This document shows positions 40,323 to 55,284 of a stretch of 64,000 nt of DNA, piece by piece. Both the position numbers and the translations under genes were made by a program. The notes beneath the pieces are model-generated. The model saw only the letters and a list, made by a program, of their open reading frames with translations. It was not told where the DNA came from and ran no database searches. The DNA is from Octopus vulgaris. Its lineage: Eukaryota. Every line of letters begins with the position of its first letter. The stretch's first letter is position 1. Where the stretch lies: NCBI GenBank assembly GCA_951406725.2, contig OX597823.1, positions 113,026,001 through 113,090,000 of the forward strand. The letters run 5' to 3'.

Positions 40323-40625
40323 TACTTTGCTACAGCTATTTCCATTAATACTATTACTATTACTGTTTCTCTTACTATTGTTAGTGTTAGCATTAAAATT
40401 TCAGCTATTATTGTTATAATTATTAATGTTACTGAGACCATGGAGTTAATAGATAATTTACTTATTATCGCAATAATAACTAATTTCTTAGACACAGGCA
40501 AAGATGTGAATATCTCTCGTTTACGCAACATATTTAACTTAGATTTTCTCTTACTACATAAAAAATTTTCATATAAACTTCAGGTAAAAAAAGTATATCC
40601 GTAGAATTTCTACTCTGATTTCAGA
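40323..40625. repeat. Direct duplication, copy 1 (copy 2 at 42719-43019)
   Basis: Shared ctgtttctcttactattgttagtgttagcattaaaat ... aatatctctcgtttacgcaaca ... gtatatccgtagaatttctactc. Confidence 0.9.
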
Positions 40626-42271
40626 CTTACGAAATTTATTTTGTGGAATTCTTCTTGTTTGACCTATTCCTCTATCTTGACAGATATCATAGTATAGATC
40701 ATAGTATAGTATGACAGAGATCATAGTATAGCATTGGCAGAATTTTGAATATGTGTAATACACTTCCTGTATTATAATTTAATCGATCTAGTGACGATAT
40801 TGAAAAACAAAGACTAGACTCTCAGTAATAGCTACTATAAACCTTTTGAATGTAGAGTGTATCAAACGAATAATAAGAAATGATTTCATGGCAAGAAACG
40901 CAAAAAATACAAAACCTTATTTGCAATGAGTAACGATATTTTAATTTTCCCCGGAAGCACGGAGCACAATTCAAGATATGTTTTGATTCCATCATTGCTT
41001 CATACTGAGCCTTAAATTTTATTGGATTTGCATCATTAGAGATGCATTAATCACTAACTCAATGTACAAGTATTACGTTTGTGGCTGTAGGGAAAAAGAG
41101 TTATTTTGAGAACTTCCTTGCCACCGCCCCAGTATAAAGTGCGATAGTTCAGTTAGCTTCAACGTATTTAACAAATCCATTTTTGTTGTGAACATTTATT
41201 CATTTCAATTCCACAGGTTAATATAAGAAAATTCCCTGGCCAGGCACTTCCGTCGTCCTCATCCTAATTTACAACAGTTAACCACTAAATGCAATGTCAA
41301 ACATATATACGCATTCTGTTCCTCATTGCAACAGCTCTTTATCTCTGCAAGTTCCGATAAATATCAATATCATTCTCATGAACGTATCTGCTTTCAAATG
41401 GCTGCATGTATCTTGTATATATCAGAAGATTCAAATATGAATGAAACAAATATATTTGAATTATCAACCTCATATTAATTCCGAAGCAGCAATAATCAAC
41501 AAAGCACCTCAACTGATATATTATCAGCGTTCTCATAAATAACCAGGAAATAAAAGCTGCATATAACACGATACGCTATATGGGATTTCCCTGTATACAA
41601 ATGTATAAAGTGAAATCAGCGGATACGTGCAGGGAAAGCAAATATAATACTAGAATAGATATTGCGTTAAGGATATTTAAACTTTCTTTACAAAATCAAA
41701 TCTTATATTACGAGAAGCTTCCCTCAATAGTTAAAGCTGTATAGAGTCTCGTGATGGCATATTACTCACCCCTGTAAGTAGAAAGGGTATTACTTTTTAT
41801 TAGATGAAATAAGAGATTACTTACAAAAGAGAGTAACTTTTTATTTATTTGCATCACACAATGAGACTCTGGGCGCACTATGGCGAAATAGTTTAAGTAC
41901 ACTTCCTCGCTGTAAGAAACTAAGTTCGAACCACCAGCATAACATCACGAGCAAATATCATTTTCTATTGCTCTGGTCAACTCATAAATGGCCAGAAACT
42001 GTAATGAAGGCCGCCGGATGGATGAATTGTATCCGTAATACAAAACACTTTACCTATTATAGTTGAAGAGTGTACAGTGTCTTATGTTCTTAAAATATCT
42101 TGCTGTGCTTGCTTTTTTAAGAATCAGACATAGTTACACTTCTTCCTTATTGCTACTGAAACTAATCCAGAGCCTTCATTGTTCCATCCACTTAAACAAA
42201 ATTTTTGTTAACTAGTGTAGCTTTACCTGTATACACAAGCGCGCACATAATAATTATAGCAATAATAGTTG

Positions 42272-42563
42272 GAATATAAAGACAATAAGAATACAGTCTG
42301 GAGTCGAAGTGGTAACTTTACAAAGAATTATTTATTACGTTTGTTCCTTGGGTGCTCATTGACGAACTGAAACAAAGATGCGTTGGTGACATGAGGGAGA
42401 TGGTTGAGTTAATTACCTTCAATCTATGTGTGTTTGAGTCTCTGGTAGTCTGTGACGAAAGCAGGATTTTTTGTTAAGATCCAGAGACCAAGATATTGAG
42501 TTCCCATAGGAAGAAGCATCGTTGCTTCCCGTAACACAAGAAGGCTGGATAAAATGAGTCCAC
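42272..42563 (+). repeat. Inverted near-identical copy of internal mariner segment 45236-45515
   Basis: Reverse-complement match with few differences and no TIRs. Confidence 0.92.
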
Positions 42564-42718
42564 ATATGTGTGCATATGGGTTTCACAGACATCATATTGA
42601 AATGTATTGAGAGATTGCCATCTATACTTAATATGCATGTATAACACTTGTTGAACAAAAATACACATTATTATACGTGTGCAAGTTCCTGAAAATTGTC
42701 CTTTCAAAGAATTTTCGC

Positions 42719-43019
42719 TACTTTGCTACAACTATTTCCATTAATACTACTACTGTTACTATTACTGTTTCTCTTACTATTGTTAGTGTTAGCATTAAAA
42801 TCACAACTATTATTGCTATAATTATTAATGTTACTGAGACCATGCAGCACGAGGTTAATAGAAAATTTATCGCAATAATAACTAATTTCTTAGACACACG
42901 CAAAGATATGAATATCTCTCGTTTACGCAACACATTTTCTTCCACTACATAAAAAATGTTCATATAAACTTCAGGTAAAAAAAAAAGTATATCCGTAGAA
43001 TTTCTACTCCGATTTCAGA
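42719..43019. repeat. Direct duplication, copy 2 of 40323-40625
   Basis: Colinear match with a few indels. Confidence 0.9.
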
Positions 43020-43074
43020 TTTGATGTAGAGCGAGTTTAGATCCCGATGAACATCTGCGAATATCATTGGCTCC

Positions 43075-43478
43075 TTTACTCTTTTACTCTTTTACTTGTT
43101 TCAGTCATTTGATTGCGGCCATGCTGGAGCACCGCCTTTAATCGAGCAACTCGACCCCGGGACTTATTCTTTGTAAGCCCAGTACTTATTCTATCGGTCT
43201 CTTTTGCCGAACCGCTAAGTGACGGGGACATAAACACACCAGCATCGGTTGTCAAGCAATGCTAAGGGGACAAACACAGACACACATACACACATGTATA
43301 TATATACATATATACGACGGGCTTCTTTCAGTTTCCGTCTACCAAATCCACTCACAAGGCTTTGGTCGGCCCGAGACTATAGTAGAAGACACTTGTTCAA
43401 GGTGCCACGCAGTGGGACTGAACCCGGAACCATGTGGTTGGTAAACCAGCTACTTACCACACAGCCACTCCTGCGCCT
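43075..43478 (-). mobile_element. SINE family B, full-length
   Basis: Near-identical to 4562-4973; head aggcgcaggagtggctgtgtggtaag. Confidence 0.92.
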
Positions 43479-43914
43479 AATTTCTAAATATAATTTAGAG
43501 ACCGACAACAGTACGAGGGATACTGAAGACTGCAAAAAAGTTCTCAGGGGTACTTGTTGCATGAACATTAATTAAAGTGTCCTCCAGCTCAATTGTCTTA
43601 TTCGTTAAAATTAAACTCCAAACGATGGGAGCAGTCGATTGGAGCAAAGAATTCTAAACATGAAAGCAAGATTTAATGAATTCAAAGTACTAATAAATAG
43701 ACTGAAAATGAAAGTAAATTATATTCTAGTCTTCTTTTCACCTCGGAATCGATGAATACAATAAATTTAAGTTGACTTGAGAAATATATAGGATATATGT
43801 GCATAAACATTTTTATGATTAGTGTTCGGAATTAAAGAATCTATTGGAATATTTATTTATAACAAGATGCCTCTGATATACGAAAGTAATTATGACCACC
43901 TTAAAACTAAAAAA

Positions 43915-44104
43915 AAGACTCCGCCGGTTACGATGACGAGGGTCCCAGCTGATACGATCAACGGAACAGCTTGCTCGTGAAATTAACGTGGAGCAACGTG
44001 AAATAAAGTGTCTTGCTCAAGGACACAACGCGTCGCCGGGAATCGAACTCACAACCTTACGATCATGAGCCGAATGCCCTAACCACTAAGCCACGCGCCC
44101 TCAC
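43915..44104 (-). mobile_element. SINE family C, internally deleted
   Basis: gggcgcgtggcttagtggttagggc...gagttcgattcccggc...gtgtccttgagcaagacact fused directly to the 3' part at cacgttaatttcacgagc. Confidence 0.85.
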
Positions 44105-44682
44105 ACTTTAAAACTAAAGCTCAGACTAAGCACAAAATTAGTTCGATGTTTCATCAACGTTAAATATCTTATATTTCAAAGTTGCTTCTACCAGTTTTTA
44201 AATCATACTTATTCTTTTAGATTGCAATTATTCTCTTTAATAACGATATCATTTTAACCAAATCAAAATTCTTGGCTTACGGCGGCAACTAAAGCTCCCT
44301 CCCTCTCTCGCTCTCTCTCTCTCTCTCTCTTTACTACTATGATTCTCATACATCCGGCTCCTTTGGCTAGTTTCCTCTGTCATATATTGCCACCTTAAAT
44401 TCATTCTCAAGACATATAATTACTCTTCAAGTCAGTTAAAAACATCAGTATCATCTCGAAAATGTTACACTGAGGATGCATTTAGGCGGAAACATCACCA
44501 GAAATGTTGCTCAACTTCTAGGAGAAAGGAGGCCCATTTAATGAAATATGTATTCCTTACCTAATTATTTTCAATTAATTCAAATATCCTGTGAAATAGA
44601 TTGTTCTCAAATTTAAAAAGGTAAATATTAATGGAATAAGTTTTTTTTTTTAAAACTTCAAGAATTGTAGCATTCACATAGT

Positions 44683-45993
44683 ATAATGTGCATTTCAGAA
44701 GTTTTGTGACTTTTTCAGGAGAGATATTTATTAATTACAAAGAAGTACAAAAATCTAATTACCTTCAAAGCAATATCCTCTGCCTTCAATGCTCTTGCTG
44801 TAGCTCTCCAGCCAATTCGTGAAGGGCCCATGGAAGTCCTCCAAATTGAAGATGTCCAGTATCCTTATCAGAGTCTTCTTCATCTTCGAAATCCCCCCCA
44901 GAATGACAGCGATTGAGGTTCTCCTTCAACATAAGGAACAATCAAAAGACACAGGGTGCAAGGTCTGGATTGTAGGGAGGATGAGCGACAGTTTTGATAG
45001 CTATCTCTGCCCAATAGTGGGTTACCAGGATGAGGACTGGTGCATTGCCCTGCTGCAGATGCCCCCGACCCAAGCGGAAGAACTCTGGCCTGTTGTCCCG
45101 AAATCTCTTATTGAACTCCCACAAAACCTTTATAAAATACTCTTTGTCGGTCACTTGACCAGAAGATATACAAATTATGTAGATGATGCTCTTGGAGTCA
45201 AAAGAAAAAAAGGGAGGATCATCATATGCTTCCCGGTGGACTCATTTTGTCCAGCCTTCTTGTGTTCCGGGAAGCAACGATGCTTCTTCCTATGGGAACT
45301 CAATATCTTGGTCTAATAAATCCTGCTTTCGTCACAGATTACCAGAGACTCAAACACACATAGATTGAAGGTAATTAACTCAGCCATCTCCCTCATGTCA
45401 CCAACGCATCTTTGTTTCAGTTCGTCAATGAGCACCCAAGGAACAAACGTAATAAATAATTCTTTGTAAAGTTACAACTTCAACTCCAGACTGTATTCTT
45501 ATTGTCTTTATATTCACTCGATAGTCATCATTCAGAAAATCGCAAAATTTCATAATCAGCTCGGATGTTCTAATGTCTCTCTCCCTCCCACATTCCTCAT
45601 CGTATCTCACCTCCTCACTACAGTCCTTGAATATTTTGTGCCAACGATAAACATGCCCAACCCATAAAAGTTATTCCATTATCAGTCAGGAGCATTTCAT
45701 AAGTTTCTGTAACATTTTATGCAGTTTAGTAGAAAATTTTATGAACTAACGTGCTTCTGAATTGCCTTTACGTCCCAGCTGCATTCTGTAAACTCGTCAG
45801 CTCTGACAAGCAGTGTTCAGTAGAGGGCGTTCAGAGTACTGTTACAGCTGTCGCTTTCAGTCTGTAATAAAATGAATGCTGGTTGGTCAGCTTATTAGAC
45901 GAATACAAATGATATACTAAATTAACAATAACTTTTGGCAGTTACAAATGCCTCTCCTAAAAATGTCTCAAAATTTCGGGAATGCACTTCGTA
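44683..45993 (-). mobile_element. Decayed full-length mariner (DD34D) transposon
   Basis: QQGNAPV...IKTVAHPPYNPDLAPCVF (the HPPYSPDLAP motif), ~1.3-kb length and degenerate ~28-bp TIRs (gtgcatttcagaagttttgtgac / gtctcaaaatttcgggaatgcac). Confidence 0.88.
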
Positions 45994-46085
45994 TTAATTA
46001 TGCTGGAAATAGTAACTCGTTGGCTACATTAGCACTTTTGTAAAAAGTACCTTCTCATTCTGTACATTTCTACAGATTTCCCCTT

Positions 46086-46139
46086 TAACCCATGAACAGT
46101 TCTACGTTGCTGTAACCCATGAACAGTTCTACGTTGCTG
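46086..46139. repeat. Perfect 27-bp tandem duplication
   Basis: taacccatgaacagttctacgttgctg x2. Confidence 0.95.
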
Positions 46140-47213
46140 CGCATCAATCATCTTTCTTAAATGGGCCAATAAAAACAATTTGAACAATCGCTTTCCTGTT
46201 GAGACTTTATTTCTATCAGATTTTTCGACCTGATGGAAATATCGCCAATTCTTCCTTATATGATGCCCTAATGTATTATTTTTTAATGATAAAGAGTTCA
46301 TAACGTAACCTTAAAAACATTATATCTAAAATCAAAAGCTGGGATCAACACAGCTGGAACATCTTTGATTATAGAGGGTTGCTCGATCAGAACTGATATA
46401 GGATTAAAGAACAGCAGTAACAATATTAATAAGCGAATAATTAAACACCAACCCCATGAACAATACAAAGAAGTCCACTATAGCCACCAATAATTCTATC
46501 CACTACACATAAAAATAATCGGAGCAAGAACAAAAACAACTCTTATATTATCAATAACGCTGATATTAAATCCTACAACATTAATATCAAAATTAGCATG
46601 TACTAAAGTAGCGAGAACAACATTATCACAATCATAAAAAAAAACCAACGATATGTTAACAGGAGCATCAAGATCAACAAAGAATAGAAACGACAAAAAG
46701 TAACAAAACTGCTACTGCTAAAATGATGATGAAGATGATGATGATCGAAATAATACTAATACAAACACTACTACTAATATTGATAACAGCAACAACAACA
46801 TTCAGCAATAATGATAATAATATTAAAAATGCAATAATGAAAAAAAAATGAAGAAAAATATATAAAACAAGTAGAAAAAAATAAAATGAAACAAACATGA
46901 GCTTAGTAAACAGAATCTCTGTTAATATCGATCTGTTTAAAATCAATACGTGTTCTACTATTTCGAAACCGAAGTAGAACAATGTTTTGAGATTGTAGCA
47001 GAACGCAAAATCTCTGCGCACTTAAATAAATATTTTACTGGGAAGAGAATTAATAAAGAAAAACAGAAACGTATAAAATTGATAAGGAATAGAAAAGCAA
47101 TTCAGACAAGAATATGTAAAAAGTTAGCATTAAATATTTCATCTAAGTTAGCAGACGTACGTGTTTAAATCCTTAAATGGATATGGAGATAGGCTAGAGG
47201 AAATAAGTTTCAA

Positions 47214-47660
<447 letters not shown>

Positions 47661-47894
47661 ATGGATAACATCTTTGTTTTTATATTCATCGCTTATTCTA
47701 TCCTTTGCTATATTTATATTATCTATCTATCTAGCTATCTATCTTTCTATCTATCTATCTATCTACCTATCTATCTATCTATTTGTCTGTCTGTGTATCT
47801 CTCACTATATATATATATATACACATAAGCATATACATATATATAAATAAGCATATACATATATATAAACACACACACACACATATATATATGC

Positions 47895-47953
<59 letters not shown>

Positions 47954-49183
47954 TATTCATGTATATAAATACATAGATATATATAAATATATATGTATGC
48001 ATAAACACACAATACACATATATGTGTGTATACATACACACACATATATATATACATATATATATATATACATATTGCATGTATGTATAAGCATATATAC
48101 ATATAGGTGCAGACATTTACATATATACTACAACATATACACTCAGATACGTACACTTACAAACAGTTAGCATGAAGGCGAGAATTTCAGCGTGCCCTCC
48201 ATTTTACTTGGTGTCACGTGTCCGTCTCATAGGAAATCCTTAAATGGGATTCTCCGATGGAACGTGAGCCTTCTTTTCCTTATCCTGTGGTTTGTATTTC
48301 GTACACATTTATAAATTTATACATATGCATACAGATACGTATACTTATATAAGTAAGCATCTAGACACACCTTTATATACATATGTATACATTATGTATG
48401 TTTATAGACACATGAGCATGTGTATATGTGCGCGTGAGAGGCTGTTCGTGTAGGCATCAATTCTGTAATCTGTTTGCTTAAGATTCATTAACATACAACG
48501 TCAAAATGTGTAATTAGAAGCTGTTAAATAAACTTTAAATAAAAATAGGCTTATGCATACACGTATACCGAGAACATCATACTCCGATATAAGCACACGT
48601 TGAGATGTGCAAACACACAATGGAATATCGTTAAAAAATCATTAAAAAGAAATGAAATGAAATTACAAAATGATTTGATTGATATTTGATTTTGCGTAAA
48701 GACACTGAAAGGACACAGCTGAGAGCTAATAATCATTCCTAAATATAACTAACTTGAGGAATAGTAGTTAAAGTAATCGACTGATTGGAAAATGCAAAGA
48801 AAATTTTGAAACTAAGAAAATAAAGAAGATAAAGGAAATAAAAACAAAAGATCAAAGTTCAAAATGGTGACTGCTATTTTGTTCCTGTTTATTATTAAAA
48901 GACGCCACAGAAGATTGCATATAATGGCGTATATATATATATATCGACATACATAGTAGACAGTCCTGTTTAGTTAATCGATCACGTTACTTTACACATT
49001 GCATATACAAAATCAGTGTCTAATTTCTTTTTGTTTCTTCCCATTTTAGGTAAAACTTCAGCCATCTTTAAATTCACATCCTAAGAATTTCACCTAATGT
49101 ATAGATTTTAAATAATTTTCATTGGAATTTTATCTATACACATATACTCACGCATACGGGCACACGTGTATGTATATATGTGC

Positions 49184-49231
<48 letters not shown>

Positions 49232-49268
49232 TGACGTATACATGCGTGCGTTTGAAGACATGCATGTA

Positions 49269-49324
<56 letters not shown>

Positions 49325-49435
49325 TATACATATACATATATATATATATGTAAAAGTGTATGTCAAAACGTTATCGTACTAACCTGTGTATATAAATGTT
49401 AAATCTTCAATAACACATTGTTGTTATTGTTGTTT

Positions 49436-49437
49436 TA

Positions 49438-49482
<45 letters not shown>

Positions 49483-49663
49483 TGCTATCAATTGTTACCA
49501 TTAGTAGGAATATTTGGTTTTCTATTATGTTACTTCTCCACCTATTCTTCTTCGTATTCTTTTTCTACTACTACTACTACTACTACTACTACTAATACTA
49601 CTACTACTACTAATGTTGCTGCTGCTGTCCATGATGATGATTACGACGATGAGGATAATAGTA

Positions 49664-49746
<83 letters not shown>

Positions 49747-49805
49747 TATAAGAAGTAGAAGAAGAAGAAGAAAAAGAAGAAGAAGAAGAAGAAGAAGAAA
49801 AAGAA

Positions 49806-49852
<47 letters not shown>

Positions 49853-49872
49853 AGAAGAAGAAGACGACGACG
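49436..49872. repeat. Compound trinucleotide tracts (TTA, CTA, GAT, AAT, GAA)
   Basis: Direct reading. Confidence 0.95.
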
Positions 49873-50149
49873 TTTATCTGTCATCGTTCAATGTTCAAAC
49901 ACTATGTATGTTAGATTTCTTGTGGTTTATATCTACAAATTTATCACTTATGCAGTAGATATATTCAGATTCATCATGCTGGACATATATATATATATAT
50001 ACTGAACATATACTGAACACATACTTTTATGATGCACTTCAATATTGAACACACAGAAGCACACACACACATATATTTAGATATATATTGATAATATTGA
50101 TATATATATATATATACGTATATTATACATACATATATAAATATGTATG

Positions 50150-50221
<72 letters not shown>

Positions 50222-50224
<3 letters not shown>

Positions 50225-50581
50225 ATAAATATTAGGGAATAAATCCAAATTTACAGGGAAAAATCAGATTTAGGATTGAATCCAATTTTATAGTAAAATA
50301 TTATATTATATTATATTAGAGACAAAACCACTATTATGCAAGTCAAACAAAGAAAGACTTAAGCCAATACATAAAATTATTTATATGAGTTCATAGTTTA
50401 AAACTCGCCAAGTAGGTTTTGAAACCACCTGAAGAATGTCTCAAAGATGTGCTGACACGAAACGATCGTAGTGGTTAATTATAATTGTTAAATTTTAATT
50501 TATATAAATTATTTTATGTATTGGCTTAAGTCTTTCTTTGTTTGATTTGCATAATAGTGGTTTTGTCTCTAATATAATATA

Positions 50582-50587
<6 letters not shown>
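50222..50587 (+). mobile_element. PLE-type terminal remnant: ~85-bp inverted arms flanking an HHR, within (TA)n
   Basis: 50302-50386 is the reverse complement of 50502-50587, and (TA)n lies on both sides. Confidence 0.75.
50423..50476 (+). ncRNA. Minimal type-I hammerhead ribozyme
   Basis: aaccac CTGAAGA atgtc-tcaaagatgtgct-gacac GAAA cgatcg TA gtggtt. Confidence 0.85.
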
Positions 50588-50629
<42 letters not shown>

Positions 50630-52429
50630 GCATATATCTATATATATGTATATCTATCTCTCTCTCTCTATATATATATATATATGTATATATACGTTAT
50701 ATTCATGTGTGTATGTATGTGTGTGTGTGTGTGTGTGTGTGTAATTATATAAATATTTTACTTAGAAGTTTCGCCAATACAATGCATGTTAAGATATATT
50801 CTGATATAACTTAATGATATCGAAGTGATGGTTGGGAGGAAAGAAATCATGAGATACATGGAAAGGAGTGAGAGGAAAGATTTACTACACACGTGGTTAC
50901 CCTGCCATTAAATAATTAAAACGAAATAAATTCACATTATAAATTTATTTGTTTGATATTTGATTTCTCGTAAACAAAACAGAACAACCAAAAAATAATA
51001 ATTTTCTTCTTAAATATAACCAATCTGAGAAATAGTAGTTTAAATAAATTGAATGAATGGAAAAAAGAAAGAAATTTGTTTTGATACATTGCAGTGATTT
51101 AAAAGTAATTGTTTGAATAGAGATGCCAAAAATATGTTCGGTAGATGGATAGAAAAGTCATACAATATTCCTGATTACTCTCTTACTATAATTTCTGCTT
51201 AAATGGCAGTGGATGTCATCCATATAACACGTGATGTCCCTTATTATAGATCTGCATTTAAAAAGAAGTACAATATTTAGTGTGAGGACATGCATGTGCA
51301 TACAAAATATACACCTTGTACATGTGTGCGTGTGTGTGATATAATTTAAATTCGTAATGCCAAAACAAAGCAATAACATATTTAGTCGTTTGTTGGTTTG
51401 TTACCATAACCTAGCAATAAACCGATAGAATAAATGCCAGGATTAGAAAACATACAGGGCTCAATTAGATCGTCTAAAACTCTTCAAAGTAGTGTTCCCA
51501 CATGACCGCATGCAAGTAAAAGATAACTTAGGAAATGAAAAATATATGTACAATTCTGTGATTTCCAGTTATATACTTCTTCAAATAATCAAGTGAATCA
51601 AATCCTTCCGATTAAAGCTCTGTGTACCTCGAAGCTCAACCCTCTGGAACTACACGATCGTTTTAAATGGCGTGGTTCCGTTTGACAGTACTCCTGGAAG
51701 AAGCAAAAATTAACGGCCACGGAGTCAAAAATAATCACGCCCACTCGAGCGTATTCACGTTTTCAAAAGTCTTAGGTGAAATTTATCTATTATATTATGA
51801 TATGTAACTTTGTTTAATATGTTGTGGCAAATAAATTTTCTCTACATAGCATATTTAGGACTCTTACTTTTGTCTCTGAAACCACCCATGCATGCCCACG
51901 CATGAATATGTATATACACCTGTGGTTATATCATTATTGACATTTCTGCACACGGTCGAATATATGTACTTAGAAAATTCGTCTAAAGAAACAGATACAA
52001 CCACATACGTTCACGTATGGAAACACTCTTGTACACCCACAGACTGTCGCACTCAATAAACATATGTTTTGAATTTGATATGGCGACCTACCATGATTTT
52101 TATTAATTTTAAATCATTTAGTAAGCTAAACAGCAAGCAACAGTCGAGATTTAGTGAGAAAAAACAAAAAAGAAACAAAATAGAAAACACAAACAGATCA
52201 CACATGCTCACTTCCACGCACACACTTTTGCTTTATTTGTATTAGTAAAAATGTGAGGAGTTGGAAATAATCAATAACTAATGAAGAGAAGAGCAATATG
52301 TAAACGTTTTCTTCTATAAAACGTGTAATCGTGGTATTTTCATATAAATTTTAATACAACATAACCGCACGAATTAACGTTTGTCTATGAAATTTTCCAG
52401 AGATGTTTTGCTAATGTATATATTCTTTT

Positions 52430-52650
52430 ATTCGTTTATTCTATTACTTGTTTCAGGCATTTGACTGCAGCCATGATGCAGCACCGTCTTAAAGTGTGGT
52501 AGTCGAAGAAATCGACCCCGGGATGTATACTTTGTAATCCTAGTACTTATTCAATAGGTCACTTTTGCTGAACCGGTAAGTTACGGGACATAAATACACC
52601 AGTATCGGTTGTCAAGCGGTGGTTGAGGGGGAAACAAACACACACACACG
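52430..52650 (-). mobile_element. SINE family B 3' half, diverged
   Basis: acttgtttcaggcatttgactgcagccatg...tcgaccccggg...caccagtatcggttgtcaagc. Confidence 0.8.
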
Positions 52651-52833
52651 AAAAAAAATACATGCATGTATACATACATACAGATGTAGTTATGTACACA
52701 TATGTATGCATATATGCATATATTGATATAATATTTATATTATCATATGATCGAACGCCACACATCCATTTCTGAGTAAATTTTATCTATACATACATAC
52801 GTACATACACACACACACACCTACATACCCACC

Positions 52834-52877
<44 letters not shown>

Positions 52878-52978
52878 GTATGCACGTATATATATATATG
52901 TATATATGTATATACGTGTATATATATCTATGCATCTCTCTCTTGCTTTCTTTCTTTATCTGTTTCTCTCACCCCCTC

Positions 52979-53035
<57 letters not shown>

Positions 53036-53372
53036 CATATATATATGTATATATAAGGCAATTTGTGTTTGTGTGTATGTGTGTTCTTATGCTCCTTATG
53101 GATCCGAAAACACGAGTTGCCGATGTTGAAGTAAGAAGATTTAGTAAGCTTTCGGCTACGAAATAAAGTATGCTTTTTGCACAACAGCTCTTTCTTACTA
53201 CAAAATAACCTTGAACACGAGGTCGAGTCTCATAGTTTTGCGGTCTTTAGCTAAGGAAGGCAACTCTGCTTCAACGGCGTTACTCTGCGTGCTTTATCTT
53301 CGTTACTGTTGTAACAGTCCGGATACTTATTGGCCAGACCAAGTGCATATAAGTATTTCTGTGCCTGTTTAA

Positions 53373-53416
<44 letters not shown>

Positions 53417-53418
<2 letters not shown>

Positions 53419-53710
53419 ACATCACTCTATATAAAGAGCAGATACGGTTCCCGCAATACAGGCACATTTCTTTAAAGGAACACATAGAGAAATAAGCAAG
53501 TAATATCAAGCCAAATTTCACAATTTTCCCCTTCTACCTTGCAAACATGCAATTTCTTTACAAAAAGGTACAAAGAAAATGTTTTCATCGAAGAATACCT
53601 AACATGTCTATATACACGTACTTAAATAATTTTTATAGCATGGATAGCGAAAGCGAAACCGGTCGACAAATACAATACAAGATATATACAAATTATAGTA
53701 AATCTGTATA
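53417..53710 (+). mobile_element. Decayed PLE 3' fragment (GIY-YIG C-terminus + degenerate HHR)
   Basis: LYKEQIRFPQYRHISLKEHIEK*...FTIFPFY...KENVFIEEY parallels HRQQIRDPEVRQIPLSNHL...IFPFY of the 9.8-kb element. Followed by gc-gaaa-gc GAAA ccgg TC; starts at (TA)n. Confidence 0.75.
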
Positions 53711-53918
53711 AAATGCGTGCATTTTCCTTCTTTAATTTCTTTTTCTATATATATTACAACTCACTACGTGCAGATAATAAAAATTCCTCCCTTTCTGTTA
53801 CACACACACACATATATATACATAGGCATGCACACACATACACATATATATATATACATATCTATGTGTATGTAAATATATATATGCATATATATACATA
53901 TATATGTACATTTATACG

Positions 53919-53949
<31 letters not shown>

Positions 53950-54271
53950 GCATATACATACATTTATACATATATATATATATACATATACATCTACTAT
54001 ATATTTGCGCATATATGTATATATAAATATATAAATATAAATGTATGTATATATGTGCGTGTGTTAATTTCTCTTTCTAAAAAAAGTGTGTGGAAGATTT
54101 TCCTGGCACGAGGGGGTTGTTCAGCTCAAACGTTATTTGGATTTGAAGAGAGATTTAGCACTGTTCAAGACGAAGTTTGAAGTGGCAGATCCATGGAACT
54201 AGGACCAACTAAAATGACGGCTGACATTGGTATTTTTTCACAGGCGGATATCACGTGTGTGTACCTGAGAA

Positions 54272-54305
<34 letters not shown>

Positions 54306-54599
54306 TATAGTTGTTGTAGTTGTGGTGTTGGTGGTGGTAGTTGTAGTAGTGACGGTACAAGTTTGCTCGTATTAATACTCAGACAATAAGAAAAGAACCG
54401 AGTCGTTCACAGAAGACACGAAAATAGCAATTCTTGACATTAAGTGAAGTGACGGCTCATGGGATAAGAAGAATCAGGTGTTAAACCTACCGAAATATGT
54501 TTTTTGAAACATCTCTACCTCTCGATATCAATACTGTAAAACACAAAACCTAAGGACCACTCGAAGTATCGTGGCAGCATTTTTCTGCAATACATCTTC

Positions 54600-54770
54600 A
54601 AATTGTTGACTGCAAATGAATCTGAAAGTTCAATTTACGTTGAGGTCGATAATGACTTTCATCCATTTGGAGTCGATAGAATTAAGTACCATTTGAGTAT
54701 TGTGGTCGATGTAATCGACGTGCCTCTTCCATCAAAATTTCAAGTCTGGTGCATCTAGTAGAGATGATTC
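54600..54770 (+). mobile_element. SINE family A, diverged
   Basis: gaggtcgataatgactttcatccatttggagtcgatagaattaagtacca. Confidence 0.7.
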
Positions 54771-54785
54771 TGCGTGTGTAAATTT

Positions 54786-54819
<34 letters not shown>

Positions 54820-54870
54820 CAATATATATATACATATCATGATATATGTATGTATATATAAATCATTACC

Positions 54871-54906
<36 letters not shown>

Positions 54907-54963
54907 TCGTCAAATGTATATGCATATACATTCATACACATATATACATATATATGCATATAC

Positions 54964-54994
<31 letters not shown>

Positions 54995-55004
54995 TATATA
55001 TATA

Positions 55005-55131
<127 letters not shown>

Positions 55132-55245
55132 TCATTATCATCGGTGGTACTCCAGCATGACCGCAGCTCTGAAACTGAACCGCTTTAAATAATTTAAAGA
55201 AAAAGCATATATATGTGCGCGAGCGCGTGTTTGTATCTATCTTTG

Positions 55246-55284
<39 letters not shown>

